Shown here in pieces: positions 1 to 13,979 of a stretch of DNA of 64,000 nucleotides (positions are counted from its first letter, which is position 1; each line of letters starts with the position of its first letter). Under the pieces are notes generated by a model that saw nothing but the letters and a program-made list of their open reading frames with translations, did no database searches and was not told where the DNA came from. The DNA is taken from the NCBI GenBank assembly GCA_964016885.1, contig OZ024754.1:24986001-25050000 (forward strand). Reading direction: 5' to 3'. A program made the position numbers and the translations under genes. The DNA comes from Eledone cirrhosa. Taxonomy: Eukaryota.

Positions 1-1874
<1,874 letters not shown>

Positions 1875-1913
1875 TAATATAAGATCAAAAGATGGTTAAA
1901 GGAGTTCCATATA

Positions 1914-1980
1914 TTTTATTATGCGCATTTCAAAAACAAACATCATCAAACAATAATATTTGTGTTTTCATCAGATAAAA
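1914..1980 (-). ncRNA. Type I hammerhead ribozyme (left-arm copy)
   Basis: Minus strand reads TTTTAT-CTGATGA-AAACACAAATA...TGTTTGTTTTT-GAAA-TGCGCA-TA-ATAAAA. Confidence 0.8.
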
Positions 1981-2988
1981 CAGGAGAACATGATATGAAG
2001 GCTAAAAAACACTTGTTTGTAGTGCAGTTTTAAATCAAAATATGAAAAGTGGTTTTAGATTGATGTGTGATATTGGGAAAAATATTTTATTTAGAGAGGG
2101 GGGGGAGAAAAGGATGAAAAGGGAAGGAGATGAGAGGGAGAGATGGGTGATAGAGAGAAAGAGATAGTTTTTATAACTGAGAGGAGATATATTTTATATA
2201 GAGGGGTTGAAAACCGTTGGAAGATACTGTATAAATTAAAAATTTTGAAAATTAACGAAGGGAGGATATGTGCGAGGAAAAAATATTTTATTTAGGGATG
2301 GGGGGGGGTTGGAAAGGATGAAAAAAAGGGGAGGAGATGAGAGTGAAGGTGGAAAGGGAGAGATGGGTGATAGAGAGAAAGAGATAGTTTTTATAACTGA
2401 GAAAAAGATATAATGTTTTAATATAGAGAGGTTGGGAACCGTTGGAAGATAATGTATAAATTAAAGGAATTTGAAAATTAACGAAGGGAAATTATGTATG
2501 AAGATAGAGAGAAAAAAATAATAATTGTGGGTGAATATTCTAACGTCAAAAGAAGAAATGTATGTATTGTGGGAATTTCAAAATTAGCAAAGAGAAAAAA
2601 AGTTTATGTGTAGAAGGATTTGAGAAAAATAATGTGAAGTTAAAGTTTGTATATTGAATTCATATGTATTAATAATGAGTTCGTTGATGGGGAGAAAAAA
2701 AAAATAATAATATTATTTTAAAAGACAAAAACATTAAATATAACATCTTTTGGAAAAAGATTTCTTCTGCATCCTCATACTTGAACAGCTCTCTATCTAA
2801 AATCTGTAATCTCTGCCTAAATGAAAAATTTACCATTATCTCTAACCTAGAATCCATAATAAATAGACGCTCAGATTTGTTTTCTATCTGCCTGCATAAA
2901 TTCCATAGAACTTTTCACAAAGTATACAGTTAATATTCAATTCTTTATCAATTTAGAATCTTTTCTCAAAGGCACATATACATACACC

Positions 2989-3590
2989 TCTTTAAAATAT
3001 ACCCATCTACCTTACTTTAAAGGGCATTATACACTCTATAATACTCGTTTACTCATTACCCTCATTCTATCTTCTCGTAAAACAATAACATTTGTTTTTG
3101 ACATTTTGAATATTCATCCGCAATCGTAGACGGTCGGACGCCATGCTTTGCAGCAAAGAGTTACGGCCCTTTATGGTCTGAGTTCAAATCCCGCCGAGGT
3201 TAATTTTGCCTTTCATCCTTACGGGGTCGATAAAATAAAGTACCAGTAATACATTGGGATAATTGCTGGCCTTGTGCCAAAAGTAGAAACAATTATTATT
3301 TTTTCTCTCTATCATAAATCTTTTTAATCTCAATTTCATCCTTAATTTATTATTATATTTTTTTTAATATATACTCGTATATTCTTTAAAATATACCCAT
3401 CTACCTTACTTTAAAGGGCATTATACACTCTATAATACTCGTTTACTCATTACCCTCATTCTATCTTCTCGTAAAACAATAACATTTGTTTTTGACATTT
3501 TGAGTATTCATCCGCAATCATTATTATTTTTTCTCTCTATCATAAATCTTTTTAATCTCAATTTCATCCTTAATTTATTATTATTATTTT
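2989..3590 (+). repeat. ~200-bp tandem duplication; the first copy is interrupted by a SINE
   Basis: 2989-3125 plus 3292-3356 matches 3383-3590 (CTTTAAAATATACCCATCTACC...CATCCGCAATC|ATTATTATTTTTTCTCTCTATC). Confidence 0.9.
3126..3291 (+). mobile_element. 5'-truncated tRNA-derived SINE with a conserved central domain (MetaSINE-like)
   Basis: B box-like GAGTTCAAATCCC, then GCCTTTCATCCTTACGGGGTCGATAAAATAAAGTACCAGT, then an (ATT)n-like tail. It is absent from the second copy of the flanking duplication. Confidence 0.75.
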
Positions 3591-4306
3591 TTTTCTCCCC
3601 ATCAACGAACTCATTATTAATACATATGAATTCAATATACAAACTTTAACTTCACATTATTTTTCTCAAATCCTTCTACACATAAACTTTTTTTCTCTTT
3701 GCTAATTTTGAAATTCCCACAATACATACATTTCTTCTTTTGACGTTAGAATATTCACCCACAATTATTATTTTTTTCTCTCTATCTTCATACATAATTT
3801 CCCTTCGTTAATTTTCAAATTCCTTTAATTTATACATTATCTTCCAACGGTTCCCAACCTCTCTATATTAAAACATTATATCTTTTTCTCAGTTATAAAA
3901 ACTATCTCTTTCTCTCTATCACCCATCTCTCCCTTTCCACCTTCACTCTCATCTCCTCCCCTTTTTTTCATCCTTTCCAACCCCCCCCCTCCCTAAATAA
4001 AATATTTTTTCCTCGCACATATCCTCCCTTCGTTAATTTTCAAAATGTTTAATTTATACAGTATCTTCCAACGGTTTTCAACCCCTCTATATAAAATATA
4101 TCTCCTCTCAGTTATAAAAACTATCTCTTTCTCTCTATCACCCATCTCTCCCTCTCATCTCCTTCCCTTTTCATCCTTTTCTCCCCCCCTCTCTAAATAA
4201 AATATTTTTCCCAATATCACACATCAATCTAAAACCACTTTTCATATGTTGATTTAAAACTGCACTATCAACAAGTGTTTTTTAGCCTTCATATCATGTT
4301 CTCCTG

Positions 4307-4376
4307 TTTTATCTGATGAAAACACAAATATTATTATTGTTTGATGATGTTTGTTTTTGAAATGCGCATAATAAAA
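4307..4376 (+). ncRNA. Type I hammerhead ribozyme (right-arm copy)
   Basis: Stem I TTTTAT/ATAAAA; core CTGATGA at 4313-4319; stem II AAACACAAATA/TGTTTGTTTTT; GAAA at 4359-4362; palindromic stem III TGCGCA; AUA cleavage triplet ending at 4370. Confidence 0.82.
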
Positions 4377-4502
4377 TATATGGAACTCCTTTAACCATCT
4401 TTTGATCTTATATTATGCATACTCCAGTCCCACAAACTGTAGAGTGCTTCTTATCCGATATCTGCATTGCTTTATTGTACTACAATAAAACTCACCTCCT
4501 AC

Positions 4503-4557
<55 letters not shown>

Positions 4558-4624
4558 CATACATATATATATACATATATACATATATATATATATATAC
4601 ATACATATATATATACATATATAC

Positions 4625-4665
<41 letters not shown>

Positions 4666-4670
4666 CATAC

Positions 4671-4706
<36 letters not shown>

Positions 4707-4715
4707 ATACATACA

Positions 4716-4780
4716 TGTAGAGTGCTTCTTATCCGATATCTGCATTGCTTTATTGTACTACAATAAAACTCACCTCCTAC
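4716..4780 (+). repeat. Isolated duplicate of the element's 65-bp 3' tail inside the TA tract
   Basis: Identical to 4438-4502 and separated from it by ~210 bp of TA/TACA. Confidence 0.95.
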
Positions 4781-4829
<49 letters not shown>

Positions 4830-4835
4830 CATACA

Positions 4836-4871
<36 letters not shown>

Positions 4872-5046
4872 CATACATATATATATATATATATACATAC
4901 ATATATATACATATATATATATATATACATACATATATATATATATACATACATATATATACATATATATATATATACATACATATATATATACATACAT
5001 ATATATATACATACATATATATATACATATATATATATATACATAC

Positions 5047-5124
<78 letters not shown>

Positions 5125-5295
5125 GTCCTTCCCATTCTACTTCTTATAAATCACTTTAAATATATATAGTATGCTACTTGAAAGTCAAAAATCCGCTCCA
5201 CCCCTTCACCCTCCAGCTACTCCACGAGGGGCTGCGGTCAGCCACAATATCTCCCCCCCCCCCTCTCTTTCTTCCCCTCTATCTCTCTCTTAGCT

Positions 5296-5329
<34 letters not shown>

Positions 5330-5330
<1 letters not shown>

Positions 5331-8300
5331 AGATAAGTTCTCCTTCGTGTTTATTCACTTTCGCCAATCCACCGCTGCTTCAATTATTTCTACCACGGTG
5401 TACTGATGTAAATCGTAAAGTACAAATTTTTCTCTATCCATCCCACGCTCAATTTCGTACATAGTCCAAACATCCAATCTCGCAAAATCCGAAATCTGTA
5501 TTTTTTGTTATCTATTTAAGGTTTAAATACGGTGTTTTTGTCGTATTGAACAGAACAAATCTTGCAGTTTTGCTTTTTGTTAAATCGCTTGTTAAACATT
5601 CATAACCTTCCAGCTAGCTACCCCACACCCCTCCCTCCCGCCCCCACACACCACCATACTTAATACGTGGACCAATCATAAGCCAGAGCCCCCCCCCCCA
5701 CGCATCACCATCATTATTATAAGCCAGAGCCCCCCACCCCCACGCATCACCATTATTATTATTACGCGGACCAAATCATAAGCCAGAGGCCTATACTATC
5801 GCTTGCCCGGTTGCCTTCGATATATGATGGATGGATGGATGGACGGACGGACTGCGGAATCCTGGAGAGTGGAAGGGAGAGAAAAATCTGGACGCTCAGA
5901 GCGAAAATGCCAATGCTAAAGTCAAATTCACCTCGTGGACGAGAATGCGAGCACTCTTCTTTGTTTCGCCCGCGGATGGCTAACATAACCCCATCTCCCC
6001 CCGCCCCCCACCACCCCCGCCCTCCAAACGCGATCCAAAACTTCAGAGTTGGTACCATAAATGTAGGCACCCTAAAGGGTCGCGCTAACGAGGTTGTAGA
6101 AATGCTTGAACGTAAGGAGGTCGATGTTTGTTGTATTCAAGAGACCAGGTGGAGGGGTGGGTCTGCGAGATTCATTGAGGGTAAAAAACGATGTTATAAG
6201 CTTTTCTGGGTGGGAAACGACGATGGGCTGGGTGGAGTAGGAATCATGGTAGCAGAAAAGTGGGCAGATAAGATAATAGACGTAAATAGAGTGAACGACA
6301 GAATAATTAAAATAAGACTTGTCCTCAATAGAACTACGGTGACAGTAATATCTGCGTACGCACCCCAATCCGGACTGCCCGGCACTATAAAAGATAGATT
6401 CTATGAGACACTGTTGCTAACTACCTCCCAAATATCTGACAGTGACTATATAATTATTGCAGGCGACCTAAATGGTCACGTTGGACAACATTGTGACGGC
6501 TACGACGAAATCCATGGAGGCTATGGGTTTGGTACTAGAAATGAGGAAGGCTCCAGAATCCTGGAATTCTGTGATGCAAATAACCTAACTATCTGTAACA
6601 CTAACTTCAAAAAACGTGACAATCACCTGATCACCTATAGATCCGGGGAACACACAAGCCAGGTAGATTATATCCTTACCAGAAGACGTGACAGAGTGTC
6701 TGTTGTAAACACTAAATCCCTCCCCCATGAAGAATGCACCTCCCAACATAGACTGATAATTAGCGACCTCATAGTCAGGACGAGACGTACTCGACAGCAG
6801 AAGAGGACTATCCTCAGGAGGAAAATATGGAAACTAAAGGACCCCACAGCCAGAAATAAATTTCAAAGCATATTACTTGATGCTTTCGACAGTAAGGAAG
6901 AGCATCTAGAATCGGACAATATAGAGGGACAGTGGGAATTTCTGAAAGCAAACCTGCTGTTGGCGACAGACGAAGTCTGTGGCTGGAGCAGGCCTGTAGG
7001 CAGGAGGAGAGTAACATGGTGGTGGAACAGTAGGGTGGAGGGGTCAATTAAGGCCAAAAAGCAGGCTTGGAAAGTATGGCGGGATGGGGGAAGTAGAGTA
7101 GACTATCAAGTGGCCAGGAGGGAAGCTAGGAGAGAAGTGTACTTAGCAAGAAGGGAAGCTGAGGAAAGAAAGTTCAAGCATGTTCTACAACGCGATGACC
7201 AAAAACGTGAGGTGTTCAGGATTGCCAGGCAATGCGTCAAGGAAAACCGTGATATTGTCGGGGAGAAGTGTGTACTTAACGATGATGGCATACTTGCCAT
7301 CACCGACACTGATAAGAAGGTAGCTTGGAAGTGTCACTATGAAAGGCTACTAAATGAGGAGAATAAATGGGAGAAAGACAGTCTCCCCCATATCGACCCG
7401 ATAGAGGGACCAGCAGTGTTAGTCGAGGGGAGTATAATAAGTAAGGCAATCAAGGATATGAAGACGGGTAAGGCGGCTGGGCCTTCGGAAATAGTTGCTG
7501 AGATGCTGAAGGCATCTGGCACGGTGGGACACACCATGGTCACCCGCATAGTTAACCAAGTCGTACAGAATGGGGTTGTTCCGAAGGACTGGCATAGCAG
7601 CATCATCGTTAACTGTTATAAGGGTAAAGGAGACGCCCTAGATAGGAGTAACTATAGAGGCATTAAATTAATCGACCAGGTCATGAAGGTCACGGAAAAA
7701 GTAATAGCGCAACTAATCAGAGAGAGAATTGACCTAGATGAAATGCAGTTCGGGTTTGTGTCAGGCAAAAGCACCACAGACGCTCTTTTCATAGTACGAC
7801 AACTACAGGAGAAGTACCTAGCTAAAGGTAAACCCCTCTACTTAGCTTTTGTCGACCTGGAGAAAGCCTTCGACAGAGTCCCCCGCTCCATTATCTGGTG
7901 GGCTCTTAGAAAACTAGGCGTTGACGAATGGCTTGTGAGGGCTATACAAGCCATGTATAAAGAAACAGTCAGCAAGGTTAGAATTAACAACGAATATAGT
8001 GAAGAGTTTAGCGTAAAAGTTGGCGTCCATCAGGGCTCTGTTCTCAGCCCCCTACTATTTATTATTGCCCTTCAGGCTATAACAGAGGAGTTCAAGACAG
8101 GCTGCCCATGGGAACTCCTATACGCAGACGACCTGACACTCATAGCGGAATCAATGGCCGAGCTAGAGAAGAAATTCCAAACATGGAAGCACGGCCTAGA
8201 GTCAAAAGGACTTAAAATTAACCTGGCTAAGACCAAAGTTCTAGTTTGTAGGAAAGAAAACAAGGCGGCGGTCCCTTCTGGGAAATGGTCGTGCTCGGTA

Positions 8301-9446
8301 TGTAGGAAAGGCGTAGGTAGAAACTCCATCTTATGTCCTAAATGCAAAGTATGGGTGCATAAAAGATGTAGTGGGATCACAGGTAAGCTAACTAAGAACA
8401 TAGACTTTACATGTGGCCGGTGTTCTGGTGCAATAAGTAGCAGCAAGTGCCCACAAAATACTAGCTCCTTCAATTGCGCAGAGGGTTCTATAGAAATAGT
8501 GGACAGCTTCCGTTACCTGGGCGATAAAATCAGCAGTGGGGGAGGGTGCTCTGAAAGTACTGTAGCTAGAGTCAGAACTGGTTGGAAAAAGTTCAGAGAG
8601 CTTATACCACTATTAGCTGCTAAAGGGTTCTCCCTAAAAATGAAAGGCAGGTTGTACGATGCCTGCATACGAACAGCAATGTTGCATGGTAGTGAGACCT
8701 GGGCATTGTGTGCAGAGGATATACGCAGACTAGAGAGGAACGAAGCTTGCATGCTCCGCTGGATGTGTAACAGTAATATACGTGAACGGCAAAGCATAAA
8801 CGAACTAAGGAAAAAATTAGAGATAAGAGGGATCAGATGTTGTTTACTCGAGAGAAGGCTGCGTTGGTATGGACACGTGATGCGCATGAAAGTCGATAGC
8901 TGTATTACAAAGTGCAGGGCAATAAAGATAGACGGTAGCCACGGAATAGGCAGACCTAGAAAAACATGGGATGAGCTGATAAACTCCGACCTCACACACT
9001 TACACCTCTCCAAGACAATGTCACTGGACCGAGACCTTTGGCGGTACTCAGTAACAGAGAAGACCCGCCTTGCCAGTAGGCATCTCTAACAAAATACACC
9101 CCATCCCGCCACCACCCCCACCCCATCCACACCACCCCGTTCTATGTAAAGTTATGTTGGTGCCGCGCCATCCAGGCCGAAACAAATGAGATCGTGTAGG
9201 TGTCACGACAAAAAAACACACAGTCCACGCTGTAATGTGGCCGTGTAGGCAACACGGTAAAAACCTCCCAGACCCACACTGTAAATGTGGTTGGTGTTAG
9301 GAAGGGCATCCAACTGTAGAAAACCTGCCAGACAGTCCTATGCGAGCAAGACAATCACTCTTGCCTCAAGTGGGACTACCCCCGTCCAAACCCATGCAAG
9401 CGTGGAACACGGACGTTAAACGTTGATGATGATGATGATGATGATG

Positions 9447-9447
<1 letters not shown>
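5330..9447 (+). mobile_element. Near full-length RTE-clade non-LTR retrotransposon
   Basis: Single long APE-RT ORF, ~350-bp 3' UTR ending GGACGTTAAACGTT(GAT)n, and short tandem repeats in the 5' region (5655-5790). The 5' boundary is approximate. Confidence 0.9.
5811..9089 (+). CDS. RTE LINE polyprotein: AP endonuclease + reverse transcriptase + PHD-like zinc finger
   Basis: APE motifs (INVGTL, CIQETRW, ISAYAPQ, GDLNGHVG, VDYIL, SQHRL) and RT motifs (YRGIKL, QFGF, FVDLEKAFDRV, GVHQGSVLSPLLF, LYADDL, FRYLG). C4HC3 pattern at 8292-8423. No stops or frameshifts. The track start is TTG; the real start is uncertain (in-frame ATGs include 5907 and 5976). Confidence 0.95.
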   Translation: MPSIYDGWMDGRTDCGILESGRERKIWTLRAKMPMLKSNSPRGRECEHSSLFRPRMANITPSPPAPHHPRPPNAIQNFRVGTINVGTLKGRANEVVEMLERKEVDVCCIQETRWRGGSARFIEGKKRCYKLFWVGNDDGLGGVGIMVAEKWADKIIDVNRVNDRIIKIRLVLNRTTVTVISAYAPQSGLPGTIKDRFYETLLLTTSQISDSDYIIIAGDLNGHVGQHCDGYDEIHGGYGFGTRNEEGSRILEFCDANNLTICNTNFKKRDNHLITYRSGEHTSQVDYILTRRRDRVSVVNTKSLPHEECTSQHRLIISDLIVRTRRTRQQKRTILRRKIWKLKDPTARNKFQSILLDAFDSKEEHLESDNIEGQWEFLKANLLLATDEVCGWSRPVGRRRVTWWWNSRVEGSIKAKKQAWKVWRDGGSRVDYQVARREARREVYLARREAEERKFKHVLQRDDQKREVFRIARQCVKENRDIVGEKCVLNDDGILAITDTDKKVAWKCHYERLLNEENKWEKDSLPHIDPIEGPAVLVEGSIISKAIKDMKTGKAAGPSEIVAEMLKASGTVGHTMVTRIVNQVVQNGVVPKDWHSSIIVNCYKGKGDALDRSNYRGIKLIDQVMKVTEKVIAQLIRERIDLDEMQFGFVSGKSTTDALFIVRQLQEKYLAKGKPLYLAFVDLEKAFDRVPRSIIWWALRKLGVDEWLVRAIQAMYKETVSKVRINNEYSEEFSVKVGVHQGSVLSPLLFIIALQAITEEFKTGCPWELLYADDLTLIAESMAELEKKFQTWKHGLESKGLKINLAKTKVLVCRKENKAAVPSGKWSCSVCRKGVGRNSILCPKCKVWVHKRCSGITGKLTKNIDFTCGRCSGAISSSKCPQNTSSFNCAEGSIEIVDSFRYLGDKISSGGGCSESTVARVRTGWKKFRELIPLLAAKGFSLKMKGRLYDACIRTAMLHGSETWALCAEDIRRLERNEACMLRWMCNSNIRERQSINELRKKLEIRGIRCCLLERRLRWYGHVMRMKVDSCITKCRAIKIDGSHGIGRPRKTWDELINSDLTHLHLSKTMSLDRDLWRYSVTEKTRLASRHL

Positions 9448-9485
<38 letters not shown>

Positions 9486-9500
9486 CATATATATATATAT

Positions 9501-9531
<31 letters not shown>

Positions 9532-9588
9532 CATACATATATATACATATATATATATATATACATACATATACATACATATATATAC

Positions 9589-9647
<59 letters not shown>

Positions 9648-9721
9648 CATATATATATACACATACATACATATATACACATATATATATACACATTATA
9701 TATATATATATATATATATAT

Positions 9722-11132
9722 TTGTTATACTTGAGGAGGGTCATATTTGTGTAATATTGCCAGAATTAATAACAGAACACACTCACTGTTTGGTTGGTTT
9801 TCGCTTCTCGCTTCTGTGTCTTCTTTTATATCGGTAATCTAACTTACTCGGTCCTAAATGTTGCCATTGACTACTGACGGTCAAAAATAATACAGATACA
9901 ATATAGACACAAACACATATATATAGTTTATCATAAATCTTGTGTTGCACATCTGCAACATCGTCAGTGGTGTTATATCTTCCTCCTGTTGTATTGTATG
10001 TCTACGCCATTTTTATTCAGTCTGTCTATATATTTATTTACTTATTTGCTTGTTTGTTTATTTTATTTTGTCTTCTTTGCGCATGCGTTTGCGTGTGTGT
10101 ATAGTGTTTTGTTTGCTGTGTGATGGGTGACTAGTGTGTGTTTATGTGCTTGTTGTTATTGTGCTTGTGTATGTATTTATTTATTTATTTATTTTATTTT
10201 ATTTACTTATTTATACTTCTCTTGGGTGTTGTTATTCCATTCATTCTTTCTGTTTAGCCTTGGTCTTCTAATTTCTATTTCACTGGCCTCTCTGATTTGC
10301 CTATCTGCTGGGTCATTTCTATGTTTAGATATTATTCTAATTTCTATGTTGTCTATGTTACCGTCATGTTGTTGTCTAGCATGTTCGTATAGTACTGACC
10401 CGTTTTTTCATCCTTTTAGTTCCCCCCAGTGTTGGTCTATCCTTTGACCTATGCTACGAGCTGTCTCACCTATGTATGTTGTTGTCATGTTTCTGCAAGT
10501 ACCCTCTGTACATCTTATGCTACAGACTATGTTTCTAGTTTTACAGTTTATCCAGGGGTTCACCTTACATATGATACATTTCCTATTGGTACAGTGGGTT
10601 TTCTTAAAAGGGTAGGTTTTGCTGATCAGGGATTTTATGGTGGTTCCTGGCTTTTCTACCACCTTTATTTTTAAGTGGGTCTTTCTCGGGGCCTTTCTAC
10701 ACTGGTTAGCTAATTTCCCTCCAGGGGTGGCGTCCACAAACATGACACTCTGGTATCTCTGGTTGTCGTTTCCCTATCTTATGTCTAGCCCTATCTAAGC
10801 TATTCCATGATTTGCTCCTGTATAATGGACAAATTCCTTTCATGTCCAGTTCTATGAGGGTTTTATACTTTTCCATGGCTCCTTCGTATACTCTGACTCT
10901 GTCTCTTTGGTTGTAGCCAGTGAACTGCATGCGGTTGATGAAGTGTTGGATGTGTCTTTCCATTTCTGTTGGGTCGCACATGCGGGACACATTCTTCATC
11001 ACTCGTACCAAATCTGCGATTAGAATATTGCTGAGTTTTTGAGTATCAAGATACTCAAAAACTCAGCAATGTCCAGTAGTGCTAAGTTTAATATTCTGAT
11101 TGCAGATTTGGTACGAGTGATGAAGAATGTGT
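9722..11132 (-). mobile_element. 5'-truncated Penelope-like element with fold-back 5' end
   Basis: RT thumb plus GIY-YIG remnants on the minus strand, an AT-rich 3' region, and an inverted duplication at 10987-11132. Confidence 0.85.
10408..11011 (-). pseudogene. PLE RT C-terminus + Cys linker + GIY-YIG endonuclease (frameshifted)
   Basis: [12 protein letters not shown]...FINRMQFTGY, a frameshift near 10740, then FVDATPGGKLA...CTNRKCIIC...CKTRNIVCSIRC...YIGETARSIGQRIDQH (Penelope GIY-YIG signature). Confidence 0.88.
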
Positions 11133-11152
11133 ATATATATATATACATATAC

Positions 11153-11184
<32 letters not shown>

Positions 11185-11284
11185 ATATATATATATATAC
11201 ACATATATATATATATACACATATATATATATATATACACATATATATATATACACACATATATATATATACACACATATATAC

Positions 11285-11335
<51 letters not shown>

Positions 11336-11602
11336 CACATATATATATATACACATATATATATATACACATATATATATATATACACACATATATATAT
11401 ATACACACACATATATATATACACATATATATATATATACACACATATATATATATATACACATATATATATATATATATACACACATATATATATATAC
11501 ACATATATACATATATACACATATATACATATATATACACATATATATATATATATACACACATATACATATATACACATATATACATATACATATATAT
11601 AT

Positions 11603-11661
<59 letters not shown>

Positions 11662-11686
11662 CACATATATATATATATATATACAC

Positions 11687-11719
<33 letters not shown>

Positions 11720-11806
11720 TATACATATATATACACACATATATATACACATATATATATATATATATATACACATATATATACATATATATACACACAT
11801 ATATAT

Positions 11807-11846
<40 letters not shown>

Positions 11847-11891
11847 TACATATATATACATATATATACACACATATATATACACATATAC

Positions 11892-11922
<31 letters not shown>

Positions 11923-11954
11923 CATATATATACACACATATATATACACATATA

Positions 11955-12065
<111 letters not shown>

Positions 12066-12319
12066 ACATATACATATATATATAATACATATATATATAT
12101 ATACATATATATATACACACATATATATATATATACATATATATATACACATATATATATATATACACACATATATATACACACATATATATATATATAT
12201 ACACATATATATACACACATATATATATATACACACATATATATATACACGTATATATATATATATATACACATATATACATATACATATATACACATAT
12301 ATATACATATATATATATA

Positions 12320-12362
<43 letters not shown>

Positions 12363-12462
12363 ATACATATACATATACATATATATATACATATACATAT
12401 ATATATACATATACATATACATATATATATACATATACATATACATATATATATACATATAC

Positions 12463-12493
<31 letters not shown>

Positions 12494-12494
12494 C

Positions 12495-12525
<31 letters not shown>

Positions 12526-12536
12526 CATATATATAC

Positions 12537-12583
<47 letters not shown>

Positions 12584-12594
12584 CATATATATAC

Positions 12595-12663
<69 letters not shown>

Positions 12664-12746
12664 CATATACATATATATACATATACATATATATATATAT
12701 ATACATATAATATAAGATCAAAAGATGGTTAAAGGAGTTCCATGTA

Positions 12747-12813
12747 TTTTATTATGCGCATTTCAAAAACAAACATCATCATGCAATAATATTTGTGTTT
12801 TCATCAGATAAAA
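12747..12813 (-). ncRNA. Type I hammerhead ribozyme
   Basis: Same core as 1914-1980: TTTTAT-CTGATGA...GAAA-TGCGCA-TA-ATAAAA on the minus strand. Confidence 0.8.
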
Positions 12814-12929
12814 CAGGAGAACATGACATGAAGGCTAAAAAACACTTGCGGATAGTGCAGTTTTAAATCACCATATCCACAAGTGCACTATCCACAAGTG
12901 TTTTTTAGCCTTCATATCATGTTCTCCTC

Positions 12930-12995
12930 TTTTATCTGATGAAAACACAATATTATTGCATGATGATGTTTGTTTTTGAAATGCGCATAATAAAA
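12930..12995 (+). ncRNA. Type I hammerhead ribozyme
   Basis: TTTTAT-CTGATGA-AAACACAA...TTGTTTTT-GAAA-TGCGCA-TA-ATAAAA. Confidence 0.8.
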
Positions 12996-13169
12996 TACAT
13001 GGAACTCCTTTAACCATCTTTTGATCTTATATTATGTATACTCCAGTCCTACAAACTGTAGAGTGCTTCTTATCCGATATCTGCATTGCTTTATTGTACT
13101 ACAATAAAACTCACCTCCTACATATATACATATATATATATATACATATATATATACATATATATATAC

Positions 13170-13206
<37 letters not shown>

Positions 13207-13349
13207 CATATATATATACATATACATATATATATACATATACATATATATATACATATACATATATATATATACATACATATATATATATATACATACA
13301 TATATATATATATACATATATATATATACATATATATACATACACATAC

Positions 13350-13380
<31 letters not shown>

Positions 13381-13385
13381 CATAC

Positions 13386-13462
<77 letters not shown>

Positions 13463-13906
13463 CATATATATACATATACATATATATATACATATATATA
13501 CATATACATATATATATATATACATATATATATATACATACATATATATATACATATATATATATACATACATATATATATACATATATATATATACATA
13601 CATATATATATATATATACATATATATACATTTACATATATATATATATACATATATATATATACATACATATATATATACATATATAAATATATATACA
13701 TACATATATATATATACATACATATATATATATATACATATATGGGAGCCTTTCAATTATATATATACATATATATATATATATACATACATATATATAT
13801 ATATACATACATATATATATACACATACATATATATATACACATACATATATATATATATACATATATATATACATATATATATATACATATATATATAT
13901 ATACAC

Positions 13907-13979
<73 letters not shown>

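Larger units (their letters stand above)
1875..4502 (+). mobile_element. Non-autonomous Penelope-like fold-back element: ~840-bp inverted arms plus ~87-nt unpaired 3' tail
   Basis: 1875-~2712 is the reverse complement of ~3580-4415. The right arm continues into a tail (4416-4502, ending CTCACCTCCTAC) that the left arm lacks. Both arms contain an HHR core. Inverted pseudo-LTR plus tail plus HHR is the known PLE architecture. Confidence 0.7.
12708..13121 (+). mobile_element. Short second copy of the fold-back HHR element (~150-bp arms plus the same 87-nt tail)
   Basis: 12708-12859 is the reverse complement of 12884-13034. The tail 13035-13121 matches 4416-4502. Confidence 0.85.

Noticed and set aside
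2669-2857. 62-aa minus-strand ORF in the loop of the fold-back element
   Set aside because: No recognisable motif; could be a decayed retroelement fragment but this cannot be supported.
5330-5810. HDV-like ribozyme in the RTE 5' UTR
   Set aside because: Known in some RTE elements, but I could not identify the nested double pseudoknot by eye.
6072-9013. Antisense ORFs over the RTE (and plus-strand ORFs over CR1)
   Set aside because: Shadow frames of the retroelement coding strands with no independent motifs.
9900-9980. Possible hammerhead in the PLE 3' region (minus CTGACGA followed by hairpin TGTTGCA/TGCAACA)
   Set aside because: No properly placed GAAA, stem III or UH follows; at best a decayed motif.
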